Source of the DNA: Eledone cirrhosa
Taxonomy: Eukaryota
Assembly (NCBI GenBank): GCA_964016885.1
Contig: OZ024743.1
Span: 122,450,001-122,514,000 of the forward strand
Direction of reading: 5' to 3'
DNA: 64,000 nucleotides
The notes under the pieces were generated by a model. That model was not told the origin of the DNA. It saw nothing but the letters and a program-made list of their open reading frames with translations, and ran no database searches. Shown here in pieces: positions 13,303 to 27,576 of this stretch. The translations under genes were made by a program, and so were the position numbers. The stretch's first letter is position 1. Each line of letters opens with the position of its first letter.

Positions 13303-14696
13303 TAATATCATTTTATAAATATAATGATGTCTCTAAGCTCTTCTTTTCTTATATATCACTAGCTTTGCTGCATTCATATAAATAAAATTGAAGTTTTCAA
13401 ATCTGTTTCCAGAATTTTTATATATACTATTTAACTTGCTTATATTATCATTCAAAAATCAGCGTATTTGAACTTATACTGTTTGATATATACGTACATG
13501 TATGCAACAGCTATAATTATTTAGGTTCATGTAATAAATGATCGTGCATATCCATGATAAAAAGCGCTCCAGCACTGACCGTTCGACTAATTTTCAGTCA
13601 CATATCAAAATCCATTATTTAATGTGTTCTTCCGTTTTTAATTTCAAGAAGATTTGGCTGCTATTTCCAGTAGGTCGGGGGACCTCATACAAAGCCACTC
13701 TAACTCGTATATTTAAAAGTTATAATGTGAATGGCCATAGCATCTTATTGATATGTACATATACGGAATGGTTATATAATAGTTGTCCTTTCGATTTCAA
13801 GGATGAATTTACATAATTTCTCGCATATTTTCTTCTCTGAACAATTGCCATTGTCTGAACAATTCAGCCATTGATTAGTGGAGTCTTCTGCATGTACAGC
13901 AGACTGAATTGCTGGCTATTCGATTTGTATCTATCGCTCTGAGATGTATCACCTTTGACACTAGCTCAGATCAAGTACTTCCTATTACACACGCACGCAT
14001 AAACGCACAACTCAAGTGCACAGGTTTACACATACACATTTATATAGTGTTTGTTTGTGTGCATGTGTGTGTGGTGTTGTGTGTGTGGATGTCAAACATT
14101 GTCAGCTATAATGCAGATAATGAATCTTCTGTTCCAACATTCGTCTCACGCACGACATAATTTCACTTGAATTCGAAGAGCTCAATAGAGAGTTACACTT
14201 TAAATATGCAAGTGCCAGGCTACATTATTATTAATATCTATTGTAGGGAGGTGGATTGGCAGAATCGTCTGAGAATCGGACAAAATGCTTTGCTGCATTT
14301 AGTTTCGGCCCTTTACTTTCTGAGTTCCAATTCTACCGAGGTTCACTTCCACATATTCACCTCACATATGCATACAAATATCCTCATTGAAAATGGCCGA
14401 CAGCGGAAAAAATCCATTCAACTGCTTCTATCTTCGCAATTTCACGACCGAAACTCACTTTATGTCCTTCGGCCATGAAAGCCAGCTAACTCGGTGAAAA
14501 TAACGGACATGCTTCGATCTTCTTAGATGTTTTCAGCCAAATATATTCACTTTACAAAAAAGATGTAGGAAAAAAGAAAAATAATGCGCTGTTTGTGTAT
14601 ATCAACAAAGTGGGAAGCGAAAATGCCGGAGTGCAACGCTCTGCATAAAGTATATACATACAAATTGAATCTCGGTGTTTGAATATGGTGAGTAAC

Positions 14697-14826
14697 CTCG
14701 TCAAATCGGACCAAGGAAGCAATGTTTACATTGGTCTTCCCATTGCTAATACTATCTACCGGCTGCAACTCCTGGTAGAAAGAGCAACGTGGAATAAAGT
14801 GTCAAGGACATAACGCATCACCACAG
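14697..14826 (-). mobile_element. CORE-type SINE fragment (family of 31790-31987)
   Basis: Shares gcaactcc.ggtagaaagagcaacgtg.aataaagtgtc...aaggacataacgcatcacc. Confidence 0.7.
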
Positions 14827-14835
14827 TCAGTTGAT

Positions 14836-15020
14836 AATAATTGTCTACTTTTGGCACAAGGCCAGCAATTACTCAGTACATTACTGGTACTTTGTTTTAT
14901 CGACCCCGTAAGGATGAAAGCAAAGTTAACCTCGGCGGGATTTGAACTCAGTCCGTAAAGGGACGTAACTCTATGCCGGAAAGCATGGCGTCCGACCCTC
15001 TACCGATACTGCCAATCCAT
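14836..15020 (-). mobile_element. Nin/Deu-core SINE
   Basis: Near full-length match to the family. TSD TTGATAATAAT. Confidence 0.9.
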
Positions 15021-15419
15021 TGATAATAATAGTGTTTGAGGAGACTTGTATATACATGGTTTTCATTGCAGATGTAAATGCTATTCATGAGTTAATTAGG
15101 CACAATAATTTAGAGTTGAGCGTCAGCTCAAGGATTCAGTATAACACTAGCAAAAGTGCAACAGGATAAGAAGACGGGAGTTTCATATATCTATATCTAT
15201 CTATATATATATATATATAGATATATATATATATACATATATATATACATATATATGCGCGCAGACATACATATACTATTAAATCGGGAATTTACATTTA
15301 TATAAGCTGTGATTTCAATAATATACATACGTGCGCTGGTTTGTACTCATATGTGCTGACATGTTCACACAAATGATTTTCTGTATATACACTCATACTT
15401 ATATGTATATATAAGTATA

Positions 15420-15427
15420 TAATATAT

Positions 15428-15498
<71 letters not shown>

Positions 15499-15510
15499 TT
15501 TAAATATATT

Positions 15511-15555
<45 letters not shown>

Positions 15556-15567
15556 TTTAAATATATT

Positions 15568-15631
<64 letters not shown>

Positions 15632-15656
15632 GTATATATAAATATTTAAATATATT

Positions 15657-15738
<82 letters not shown>

Positions 15739-15803
15739 GTATATATAAATATTTAAATATATTTATTATATATATATATATATACATATATAATGTAAAT
15801 ATA

Positions 15804-15880
<77 letters not shown>

Positions 15881-16020
15881 TACATACATATATACACACA
15901 CAAACAGACACACAGACAGAAAGACACACACACACACATATATACATGAGTATGTGAGTGTGTGTATGTGTGTGTGTGTGTGTGAATGTATATATATATA
16001 TATATATCTATGTATATACA
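15420..16020. repeat. Compound (TA)n/(CA)n microsatellite with a repeated 22-nt spacer
   Basis: AAATATTTAAATATATTTATTA occurs four times between TA tracts. Confidence 0.9.
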
Positions 16021-16199
16021 TTCATATGTATAAATTTATGTATACATATATTTTTATGAAATCTATTTTCAGTAAACTATTCGAATTGGGGGAAATCTAC
16101 ATATTAATGCATTCGGAATTCAAGTAATCAGACAATTATGATAACCATCAGTTTATAATTCCAGTTACTAAGCATTGACTATTAATGTGTTTACTACTG

Positions 16200-16448
16200 G
16201 GGCGGTGGATTGGCAGTATCGGTAGAGGGTCGGACGTCATGCTTTGACGCATAGAGTTACGGCTCTTTCCATTCTGAGTTCAAATCCCGCCGAGGTCAAC
16301 TTTGCCTTTCATCCTTACGGGGTCGATAAAAAAGTACCAGTAATGTACTGAGTAATTGCTGGCCTTGTGCCAAAATTAGAAACAATTATTACTAATATTC
16401 TTAATACACTGGGTAATTGCTGGCCTTATGCCAAAAGTAGAAACAATT
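16200..16448 (+). mobile_element. Nin/Deu-core SINE plus an extra 3'-tail fragment
   Basis: Full copy 16200-16390, second tail 16405-16448. Flanking ATTAATGTGTTTACTACT is duplicated. Confidence 0.9.
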
Positions 16449-17205
16449 AATGTGTTTACTACTGTATGATTGTTGAAAACATTTGGAATAAATCGAGCTA
16501 AACTTATATTTCCTCTTTTCTCGCTCTAGTTAACTATCTGTTCTTAAAAGAACCGTCGGAATGGTTCAGTTAGTGTGTAGGGTAGTTAACTAGTGTATTC
16601 CCTAAATCCATAACCAGAAATGATAATTTCTCGAGAAGAGAAAAACAATATTAATAATTTAGCTGGGCTTTGTGAAGCCTATCAATTAAATAACAATACA
16701 TCTTATAGATGTCTGTTGACTTGGGCTTGCTGAAAGAGGAAGTTGTTTTCTCTATCCACTTATCATTTAGATGGGTTGTTTATATTCTCTGAAACCACGG
16801 AACTCGGTAAAGGAATTTAGAATGTTTGATGTTTTGATCTAGTGATATGCACTCAGAGACACAGACATAAAATCTCCATCCTTCTACTTTCTTTCATGTC
16901 CGAAGATATAAAATCACTCCCCTTTCTCATTCATAAATACAGTCACACTTTTTACATACATACACACTTTTTTCCAAACCTCATGAATATACGCGCACCC
17001 GTTGAAATGTGTGAGTGTCTATATGAGTATACATAGCTTTTTTGAGGATGGTAAGGAAGGTGTGTGAATATGCGATTCGAAGGTTGCTTGTTGTAAATGC
17101 ATGGTTAACCGACAAGAAAGTGTCGTACTTTTCCAGTCTTTGATACAATGTTATATACCTACACGCATACGCACCTTCACACGTATATACACATGTATAA
17201 TGAGT

Positions 17206-17511
<306 letters not shown>

Positions 17512-18294
17512 TTTCTGTATTTTGTAATAAATAAATATACGCAAACATATTTCAGACAGCTATATCTGCTGAAAATAATACTATTGATGTCATATTTTGT
17601 ACACGTTTTAATATAATGAATAATATACTTGATATATCTTAAATTATGTGTGTTTGAGAGAAAAAGAGATAAAATGAGTGAGAGACAGATTTATTGAAGA
17701 TAAGAAATTATCTTTTTAAAGGGAAGAAATGGAAATTTATTAATGAAATTGAGGAGCATGTAAAGAATTGTGTTTTCAATATAACTTGTTTGAAATATAA
17801 GATATAAATTGTATAAAGATATCGGAAAAAAGAATAAGAACGGCAATGTTTAAAGTTATTTAAAAACTAAAAAAAAAAAAAAGAAACAAACACAATTTGC
17901 TGCCTTTATATTTGAACAGTTCTAAAAGGGGTCTTTGTCAATAGATTGCAATGATAATCTCACTTGTAAATATGACCATATCTTAGATCTTTTATATTCA
18001 GTAACAATAACATCAACATCTTCCATTAATATGTAAAAATTCCCTAAAATTTCATTGAGTGATCCGTGAAATTGTTTTGGTTTGAGATCAATTTTACACA
18101 ATAACACCACAGGAGAGTCATTTTAGTCATTGAAAAAAAAACAACAAAAAATATATAACGAAGGGATAATAAGTAAATCCAAGCAGAATTCCCACTCAGT
18201 ACCATAAAATCTGATATAGCAATGCTTAACCATTAAGCAACTCTATTTCACACAGAATAACTAATAACAAACTAAACTAGTTGCATTTAAATAT

Positions 18295-18483
18295 TAATTG
18301 TTTCTACATTTGGCACAAGGCGAGCAATTACCCAGTATATTACTGGTACTTTATTTTATCGACCCCGTAAGGATGAAAGGCAAAGTTAACCTCGGCGGAA
18401 TATAAACTCAGACCATAAAGGGGCGTATTTCTTTGCTACAAAGCATGCCGTCCGACCCTCTACCGATACTGCCAATCCACCAC
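18295..18483 (-). mobile_element. Nin/Deu-core SINE
   Basis: Family match. Confidence 0.9.
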
Positions 18484-19529
18484 CCAACAATAATAACAAC
18501 AAACTCCTCTACACAAACATTGTTAAATTCACTTTACATTTATCATTTATTTCTTAGTGTCAAAATCTCTGTCCTGAAACAGTTCCAATGTGGGATTGTG
18601 TCAGTTTTTGTGTTATTTTTTTAATGGATAAAATGACATTTCCACGATGTAATTGCTATATTTTCAACACACGTTCACAAATCAAGTCATTTATCAACGT
18701 AACACAACTCCAAAATCTCATTATTAACTTTGGTTTAACCACCGAAAAGGCAGCATTTCTGAGTTACCTGACTACTTAAGTCAATTTACATATTAACTAC
18801 ATTGATCATTGTAGTATTTTTTTTATATTTGCAGGATATTCACTTTCAATTTCCCCGGCCTTATATACCGATTTAAATACTGCCTGAAAATGATAATATT
18901 TTCCATATTTAAAATAAATTTAAGCAAATACAGACCTAGAACCAGATATATATTTGCTTCTATTAACACATGACTGAATCAACAAAATCGTGCATAACAT
19001 TTGATTCTATCATCTGAAATTTAGAAATTATTTTAAGCTGCTACACTTCGGATCATATGACAGAAAATGTCCTAATGCTTTGCACTGTTCTTTAGTTTTA
19101 GATTTATCAAATTCACAAAAGCAAGCTGACTCACGTAAACTTTGATAAATTCGGTTAGATTTTTGTGCTGAAAATGTTATCCTTTCATCGATTATATATT
19201 GTTTTGTAGATAAACTGATTCCTTGACATTGCTGTTCTACTAGAGAACGGGTCGCAAATGGCCATCATATATAATAGTTAGTTGCGATATAAGCAGGCTC
19301 CTGCCAGAGGAATAAGCAGCCCCAGGCAAAAAGCAGTATACTACTAGCAATGGCTGACATTTGTAGCTCCCAAGAAAACTCCCACAAACATCAATATAGC
19401 TAAGACGAGCCGAGTGAAGGCCACCTCTAGCACTAAATTATGACTGACACGAATAAGACCACCAAAAACACTGCGGTGTGGTAAGAAGAAATAAAGGCAT
19501 TCATAATTCACAGACAGTAAAGACATCCT

Positions 19530-20085
19530 AAGTTAAGACAAAGGAGGATTTGCGGGTTAAGGTGGAATCCGACTTCAGATCAGCAAATAAATTATTCTGG
19601 TTGACCATTCGCCGACTTCGAAATAAGAAGTACCCTTCCACGCCTGCTATTAGTGCAATTAAAGAGCTCAAATGTGGCAAGGCCTCTGAGGAGGATGAAA
19701 TTCGGCCCGAAATGTTAAAAGCATTAAAAAGTGAAGATATTCTCTGGCTGACTCATACGTGCCGGTTGGGCTGGATCTTTGGAAAGGCGCCTAAACAATA
19801 GCAATCGACAGTGATAATCTCAATTTTCACAAGAGACAAAACAGATTGCTCCAATTATAGAGGGATTTCCTTGTTAAGCCTATCCGATAAAGTTTCCGCT
19901 AAGTGACCGGCCAAGAGAAGTAAGGATATTGTCGCGTCCAAGATAGCTGAAGAACTGTGTAGTTTTCAATCCCGACACAACACAGCCGCCCAAATACACT
20001 ACAGCAGATCTTTGAGAAATCATGGGTGTATTGCCAAGTGACGTATGCTTGTTTTGTAGACCTCAAAAAAGAATATTATCGTTTT
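19530..20085 (+). mobile_element. Degenerate RTE-like LINE RT fragment
   Basis: AIKELKCGKASEEDEIRPEMLK, DCSNYRGISLLS and YACFVDLKK remnants. Confidence 0.8.
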
Positions 20086-21097
20086 ACGCCCACTTTTCAA
20101 TGCTTTGCACAGGTTAGACGAAACCAGATGCTTATTTCAACTTTACCGGTTGCAGGACTAACTCAGAGCTGCCTATGGTACTGATTTTGAGCTAAAAGAA
20201 CTAGATCAAGGTAAAATGATGTGCAATGCTTCACCTGGACTAGGAATCGAACACACGCTCTTTATGATTACGAGAACAACATCCTAGGTCATGTGCTTTC
20301 ACAGCTACAAAACTGTGATTTGAAGCTGTATTCAGGATTTCAGTCTAATTAATTTATAAGATTCTGGGTTTTTAAGGGATTTACTGTTACCGAAACATTT
20401 CGTTTAGCCGACGAACCCGATTAGCTAAAAACAAATGTATTATTTGTTTTTTTTCATTAGTGTTCAGAATATATTTCGTTTTGTCTGTAACAGCAAAAAT
20501 CGCAGTCACACCTCTGTCATATTTTTGTCACAGTGTGGAAGTTCGTTGTTATTAAACGGCGTTACCTCTGTCGTATTGCAAATGTATAGCCAGTCAGTGT
20601 CATACGGGATCCTGTTTCTTGTTGACGCTTTATCCTAATTATTATACAAAATGGTTCATCAAATTTGTAAGCGTCTTAAATAAACTCAATCAAGAAAAAT
20701 GCATGCAGTAATATTTATGATATACATAATCAGCGCACTCTCTGTATCTCATTTTCTATAACTATATTTGATCATTTTTACTGAATATACATTACTGATG
20801 AGATCAATTAAGAACTAAATATGTTTATTTCTTTTACCTGCTGGCTGCTAGGTATGATCAATGTTTCTTGTACTCTGTCCTTGTTTACAAAAATGCAGAT
20901 TAATTTGATTTTGCTGCAATTATGCTTCTGTTTTTAGAGAATTCTTGTCTTCAAATTGCAAGTGCAATCTTAGTTAAGTTAGGTTTATCAGCTCACTGCA
21001 TCCTATGAAATGCGTCTAGATCGTATATTCGTATATATATTGTCCCCCAAAATGTGTACACACTTCAACAGCATTCTAATTTCGGGGGGCAACAAGT

Positions 21098-21168
<71 letters not shown>

Positions 21169-21936
21169 TATATATATATATATTTCATAATATTGAATCA
21201 TGTAAAGGCAGTACGATTGCTTGCAGTACATGTTTACTTTATCTCCTACGCTGGAGCGATAAGAATGTAAGCATAAACAGAGATGCTAATCTGACACAAT
21301 ATTAGCGAGAAGATGGAAGTAGAAATATAAATTATCTTATCTGAAAGTTATACCAAAATATAAACGAAACTAACTTAATAAAATATGTAATATAAATTAG
21401 ATGAAATCGACGTAAACAAGATAGCTGTGCAAGAAAAATAGTGAACTTTCTCGTTGCTTTGTTAAACATTCCATTTACGGAATATAATAGCTTCAAGTAT
21501 GTCGTTTTTATTGGACATATTCATTTTTTGACAGGAACTTGGTAATAAACGCATTTCTATGGCTTGGCTTCGACAGGCTTCGGTAGGCTTCATTTACGCT
21601 TAAGAGACATAGAATTTAAGGAACTGTTCAAAAGTAAGTCTTCTTGCATATAGATACAAAACGGCGATTTCAAATAAATTTTATTCAGAATTTCAATCCG
21701 ATCAACATAGAATTTTTGTATAAATTATTTATATTTGGTTCAAAATTTCACTATATTTAATATCTTTCTTTCAATTATTCACGCAATCTGGAATAAAATA
21801 TGCTCGAGCTGTTTTGAGTAGCTCCCTACAAACAACCTGATGTATATAACAAGGTTGTTAGGTTTCTTCCATGCATACACTTCAAAATAAGCAACATTTT
21901 CCAGATATTTTTAGTGTTTATATATATATATATATA

Positions 21937-22803
21937 GAATAAGGAAAAGCGAAGTAGTTTCAGATGTTCAAGTCCTTTAATAATAATGCTGTGATATATA
22001 TTTCAATGACGACACTGGCCACACTGTTCTGTGTGCGAGTGTCGTGACATCATCAGACAGCTTGTTATATAATAAGGTTATGTTTCCGAGGCAATCCAAA
22101 TTTAATCGACATGGGAACGGATGAAGTGTGTGCTTTTGGGTTCTTCATCCGTTCCCCTGTGAGTACTAATTCACCCCCACCGGTCTGCGCAGGCGCATGT
22201 CCGAAGGAAGTTGACCATTAGCTACCGCAGATTTCAACGAAATTCACTTAGTCAGTTCACCCTCTCAGCCAAACAATGGCCCACCCAGGCCTGTACCATA
22301 GATTACTGCTACCCATCCCGACTGTGGCAGTCAGCCGAAAGCCAGAGGGGATGGGAGAGTGCTAGTTTTTACAGGTCACAATACTACCTCTCACCAAGCG
22401 TGGACAGTACGACTGACCATCAACTCATAAGAGAAAATAAACTTAATTCTAGGTATCATGGTTTTACATTGGAAGTTAAGAGTGAGAGTTGGAAATAAAA
22501 ATTAAAATCCTAAATCGAATATCAGAAATTATAAATTAAACAATTAAAAAATTAACAATTAGAAATTAAAAATTTTTCAAGTGAGAATCCGGATTGAGGT
22601 GAGTAAAAAAATATAGATTGAAGTGAGTAAATAATATGGAGAGAGATGTTTAAGAGAGATGTTTAAGTAAGAAGTTCTGAGAGGGGTTCTAATGTCATAG
22701 TTACCCTATCCTACTTCGCTTTTCCTTATTCGATATTTACTCCGTCACTCCTATGTGGAAAAAGTACGTTGAGTGCTTGAATTGAATTGCATCGATGTTT
22801 ACC

Positions 22804-22807
<4 letters not shown>
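21937..22807. mobile_element. TA-flanked non-coding element with a 21-bp inverted repeat and an internal hammerhead
   Basis: GAATAAGGAAAAGCGAAGTAG (21937-21957) and its exact reverse complement (22711-22731). (TA)n on both sides. Confidence 0.75.
21988..22061 (-). ncRNA. Type I hammerhead ribozyme with extended stem II
   Basis: GCTGT-CTGATGA-[TG..ACGACAC...GTGTCGT.CATT]-GAAA-TATATA-TC-ACAGC. Perfect 5-bp stem I, palindromic minimal stem III, AUC triplet. Confidence 0.85.
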
Positions 22808-22892
<85 letters not shown>

Positions 22893-23006
22893 ATTGGTAA
22901 AAGGAAAAGAAAATGCTGACAAATTGTTCCCAGTGAAAAATAGTTTAATTAGGAATAAGTAAAAATTAGTAATAAGTATTGGTTAGTATTCAGTTTTAGT
23001 TTTAAG

Positions 23007-23044
23007 TTTTTACCGGTTGCGCATTTCTAATGCTTTTCAAAAAT
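23007..23044 (-). ncRNA. Hammerhead-like motif, U3-A8 variant, GAAA mutated to GCAA
   Basis: TTT-TTGAAAA-GCATT AGA AATGC-GCAA-CCGG-TA-AAA. Confidence 0.6.
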
Positions 23045-23119
23045 AATTTTGAGATAGAGCGCCCGTGATGTTTGCTCTAATCTATATATATATATATGAT
23101 GTTTGCTCTAATATATATA

Positions 23120-23161
<42 letters not shown>

Positions 23162-23565
23162 GGAGAGATGACCCCTTAGCCTTTGTCAAGGCAGAATTCT
23201 AGGAGAAGGAAAACTCTGATATAACACCTGCAACCCTGATGGTATCCAATGATGTTGACTTGTTCTTCTTTTTGGTAAATATCATCTTTGTTAAGAGAGT
23301 GGGACTGGCTTTGTGCAGTGCCTTTGCTCACTATAAAAGCTTCACGGCACAGGCATTGCTTTATATCTGGAGATCTCTCTGCACTTGTCGTCACATGGTA
23401 CCATGGGCCTAGCACTATGTGTCAATAATTGTCACAAGTGTAGTGTTTGTACCAGAGTTTTCAAGTCGTTGGCTGGACTAAAGTCACATTCGTTCAGCGC
23501 ATCGGTAGGAGTTCTCCTACATGGATATAAAGTAGTGGCCATACTCGAAAACGAGTTGGCAGCCA

Positions 23566-23662
<97 letters not shown>

Positions 23663-24481
23663 CGCGCGTATATATATATATATATAGTTTTATATATATG
23701 TGTGTATGTATGTATGTGTATGCATGTGTGCGTGTGTGTGTGTCTGTGTGTCTGTCTGTTTGTATATGTGTGCATATGTGCATACTGGGACGTGATACAT
23801 TTTGTGCAATTATGCTTGCTGTTCTCTTGCTTATAGCTGGCTGCCGCTGGGTAGCTTATGCGAAGAAACTAGATGAAGCCGAATGGCTGAGTCTACAACA
23901 CCCTGAGATTTTGAACTGGTTTCCCGGAAAATTCCTACGGTCAGGACGAAGTACATGTCGTCTTGGGTTACCCGTGTTGCTGGATCTATCACATCCAGAG
24001 TGAAAATGGTGAAACTGGAAATGTGACCACATTACATTACACTAAAGATTCTTCTTCTTCTTCACCCACCTATTTCTAGGATGGTCGTTCGATCAGAGTC
24101 CTCAGACATGCTTTCCAGAGTATTCTGCAAAGAAGAAGACGACGACGCCGACGACGACGACGACGACGACGACGAAGAAGAAGAAGAAGGCGACGACAAC
24201 GAAGAAGAAGAAGTTATAGAACCCAACTACCCTTCATGAGTCAACGAGGGATACTTTTACACAGTCACTGAAGCTGCTAGAAATAAATGTTATAGTCCTA
24301 GTTAAACTGAAACAAAAGATTAGGTGGTCATTGCTGGAATATCTTTGATCCTATGTCTACCCTATCACAGCGGTCCCAGGGTTAAACATTTCTATTAAGA
24401 AAGTGTACACTGAAGGGACAGAAAATATTCGACAGAAATATGGAACCAACGAATCCAAATATTCTAACATCAGCGTCTCCG

Positions 24482-24490
24482 CCACCACTA

Positions 24491-24531
<41 letters not shown>

Positions 24532-24599
24532 GCTGCTGCTACAACAACAACTACTACTACTGCTGCCGCCGCTGCTGCTGCTGCTACTACTACTACTAC

Positions 24600-24633
<34 letters not shown>

Positions 24634-24685
24634 TCTGCTGCTACAACAACAACTACTACTACTGCTGCCGCCGCTGCTGCTGCTG

Positions 24686-24753
<68 letters not shown>

Positions 24754-24873
24754 GCTACTACTACTACTACTACTACTACTGCTACTACTACTGCTGCCGC
24801 TGCTGCTACTACTACTACTGTTGCTCCTGCTGCTGCGCCTGCTGTTCTGCTACTACTACTGCTGATCCTGCTG

Positions 24874-24932
<59 letters not shown>

Positions 24933-24972
24933 GCTGCTGCTACAACAACAACTACTACTACTGCTGCCGCCG

Positions 24973-25029
<57 letters not shown>

Positions 25030-25150
25030 TTACTACTACTACTGCCGCTGCTGCTACTACTACTACTGTTGCTCCTGCTGCTGCTCCTGCTGTTCTGCTA
25101 CTACTACTGATCCTACTGCGGCTACTACTACTACTACTACTACTACTACT
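24482..25150. repeat. Compound (CTA)n/(CTG)n trinucleotide array with internal block duplications
   Basis: The block ACTTCTGCTG..CTACAACAACAACTACTACTACTGCTGCCGCCGCT recurs three times. Confidence 0.95.
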
Positions 25151-25328
25151 TGCAAGAAGGGAAGAGAGGAGAGAGTGAAATGAAGTACCTTATGTGCACT
25201 AGTACTGAAGCCCACTTAGATATTGTTATAGTGAACAATAATCTCAATATGTAATGTAGTTTCATTAACATGTATTTTCTCATCAGACATAAAGCTCATA
25301 AAATATGTCAACACGACAATATTATAAG

Positions 25329-25518
25329 TGTGGTGGATTGGCAGTATCGGTAGAGGGTCGGACGCCATGCTTTGCAGCAAAGAGTTACGGCCCTTTATGG
25401 TCTGAGTTCAAATCCCGCCGAGGTTTACTTTGCCTTTCATCTTTACGGGGTCGATAAAATAAAGTACCAGTAATGTACTGGTTATTTGCTGGCCTTGTGC
25501 CAAAAGTAGAAATAATTA
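25329..25518 (+). mobile_element. Nin/Deu-core SINE
   Basis: Family match. TSD ATTATAAGTG. Confidence 0.9.
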
Positions 25519-26771
25519 TAAGTGTACACAAAACAAAAATCTACAGTTTCTCTCTTTCTCCTTCTCTCTTTCCCTCTCTCTATCTTTCTGTCTCTCTCTC
25601 TCTTTTCTCACCTCTCTCTCTCTCCCTCCCTCCTCTTCTCTCTCCCTCCTTCTCTCTCTCTTTTTCTCACCTCTCGCTCCCTCCTCTCTCTCTTTTTCTC
25701 ACCTCTCGCTCCCTCCTTCTCACTCTCTTTTTCTCACCTCTCTATTCCCCCTCTCCCTTTCTCTCTCCCCCCTACTTCTCCCCCCTCTCTCTCTCCCTCT
25801 TTCACTCTCTCCGAGTTTTGTTCGTATGTATTTATAAATGAATTTCCGCATTTATGGAAATATATGTTTCTGTTAATAAATTATATGCACTAATATAAGA
25901 TAGACATTTATGAATAATACAGCTATACAAAAGCAGATAATTTGAGACGTAAAATACGGTTAATATTATATAATTTAATACATAAGAAATTCTTTGTAAA
26001 TATAGTGGGTGTTTGAGTTTTCTAGTGTGAATGCATTTATCTAGGAGGAAACCAGTCTGGACTTTATGGCGCCAACTTATATTTCAGACGAACTTGTGAT
26101 CTTGCGAAAAGTGTAACACCTTTTCTTTTCTTCTCAAGTGAGAAAAACCATATGTCCTATATGATGACCATAACAGCAAGGAAATGAACATCAAAGGATA
26201 GACTGACAATCTAACAAAGATAGAAAAACAAAATAGACAGAAAGAAAGAGACGCGTCGATGATTTTATAATACACAAAGTAAACTGAAACTTTCCCCCAC
26301 TCGTGTTTCGGTACAAATTTGCCATATTCATAATGTACATACACTACTATATAATGGCCAGCTGTCGAGGCTTCAAGTCTAATATGTTTCATACTTTCAT
26401 CTATTTTTTTTGCCTTTTCAGAGATATTCTCCAATTTGAAATAATAGGTATAAATTGAATAAAATACTAGGTTATTTCGTTGGTTAAATTAGATAAATAA
26501 CTTGTTTTCAGTAAGAAATCCATTCTGAATCAAATGTTAGGTTTTTGATTGAAAGGAAAGTAACCAGTTGTGAAATCGGATCAAAGTACATTTTTCTTTT
26601 TGCTGATGTTATCTGTCAGTTACAAACCCTAGAAAAAGATGCAATGTAAAAATATTTACTCAAGGACAGAACGCACTTTCTACATATTCTTTTGCTTAAA
26701 CCTAAATGAATTAAAATACCAAATTTTATATTATTAAAATTATTAGTTTATATGGATATACAGTATATATA

Positions 26772-26937
26772 TAGGAAAAGAGTAAGGACTCCGACAGCTG
26801 AGCTCCGGCCGTTTCGACAGTTAGATCGGAGTTCAACCGTCGGGTGCTGACTCTTTTCCTATTACCCACTCTACTACTCTAAGTATTGAGTACGCTGGTG
26901 CGTTATAGTTCACCTGGTATCTTACAAAATCCTCTTT
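26772..26937. mobile_element. TA-flanked ~165-bp element with inverted 5' arm (second copy at 60804-60964)
   Basis: TAGGAAAAGAGT..GGA..CCGAC.GCTGAGCTCCG pairs with 26827-26861. Close match to 60804-60964. Confidence 0.8.
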
Positions 26938-27533
26938 ATATATATATAAAGAAAAAAGATGAAATCGAAAATGCAACTGTAGTCTTTTTTTTTTAAATAT
27001 ATATTTATTTGGTTGATGCAGTTACGTGAATAAGCACACTAGCTTTCGCGCCAGTTTGTGTTTGAATTTCTTTTTACTTAGAAAAAGTGGCTCACGAAGG
27101 CTTTTTTTTATAAATGTAATTTGATTGGGTATAAATGAAATTATGACTGTCACGTGAACAAGTGCATTAAATTTCGCGCTCGTATTTTGGAATTTTTTTA
27201 TAGCCATTTAGAGAATTTTGTGCCAAACAAAAGATAAGGTCAATAAAAAGGGATGGAGATAGTTGTTCTGAGTATGACTGATGTGCTGAAATGTAATTTG
27301 ATTGGTTATAAATGAAATTATGACTGTCACGTGAACAAGTACATTAAATCTCGCGCCCGTATTTGGGAATTTATTTTGTAGCCTTTTAGAGAATTTTGTG
27401 CCAAACAAAAGATAATGGTCAAGAAAATGGGATGGGAGAGGATTGTTCTGGTTCAGTGAATATGGCTGGTGCGCTGGGGTGTCACAATTCAGACTTTCTA
27501 TTGAAATAAAGAAAGTAGAGATATGTATGTTTA

Positions 27534-27576
<43 letters not shown>

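Noticed and set aside
16200-16295. tRNA gene suggested by box A and box B
   Set aside because: It is the head of a multicopy SINE and does not form a proper cloverleaf.
24403-25110. Thr/Ala/Leu-rich 235-aa mucin-like ORF
   Set aside because: Trinucleotide array open in several frames, with no splice or domain support.
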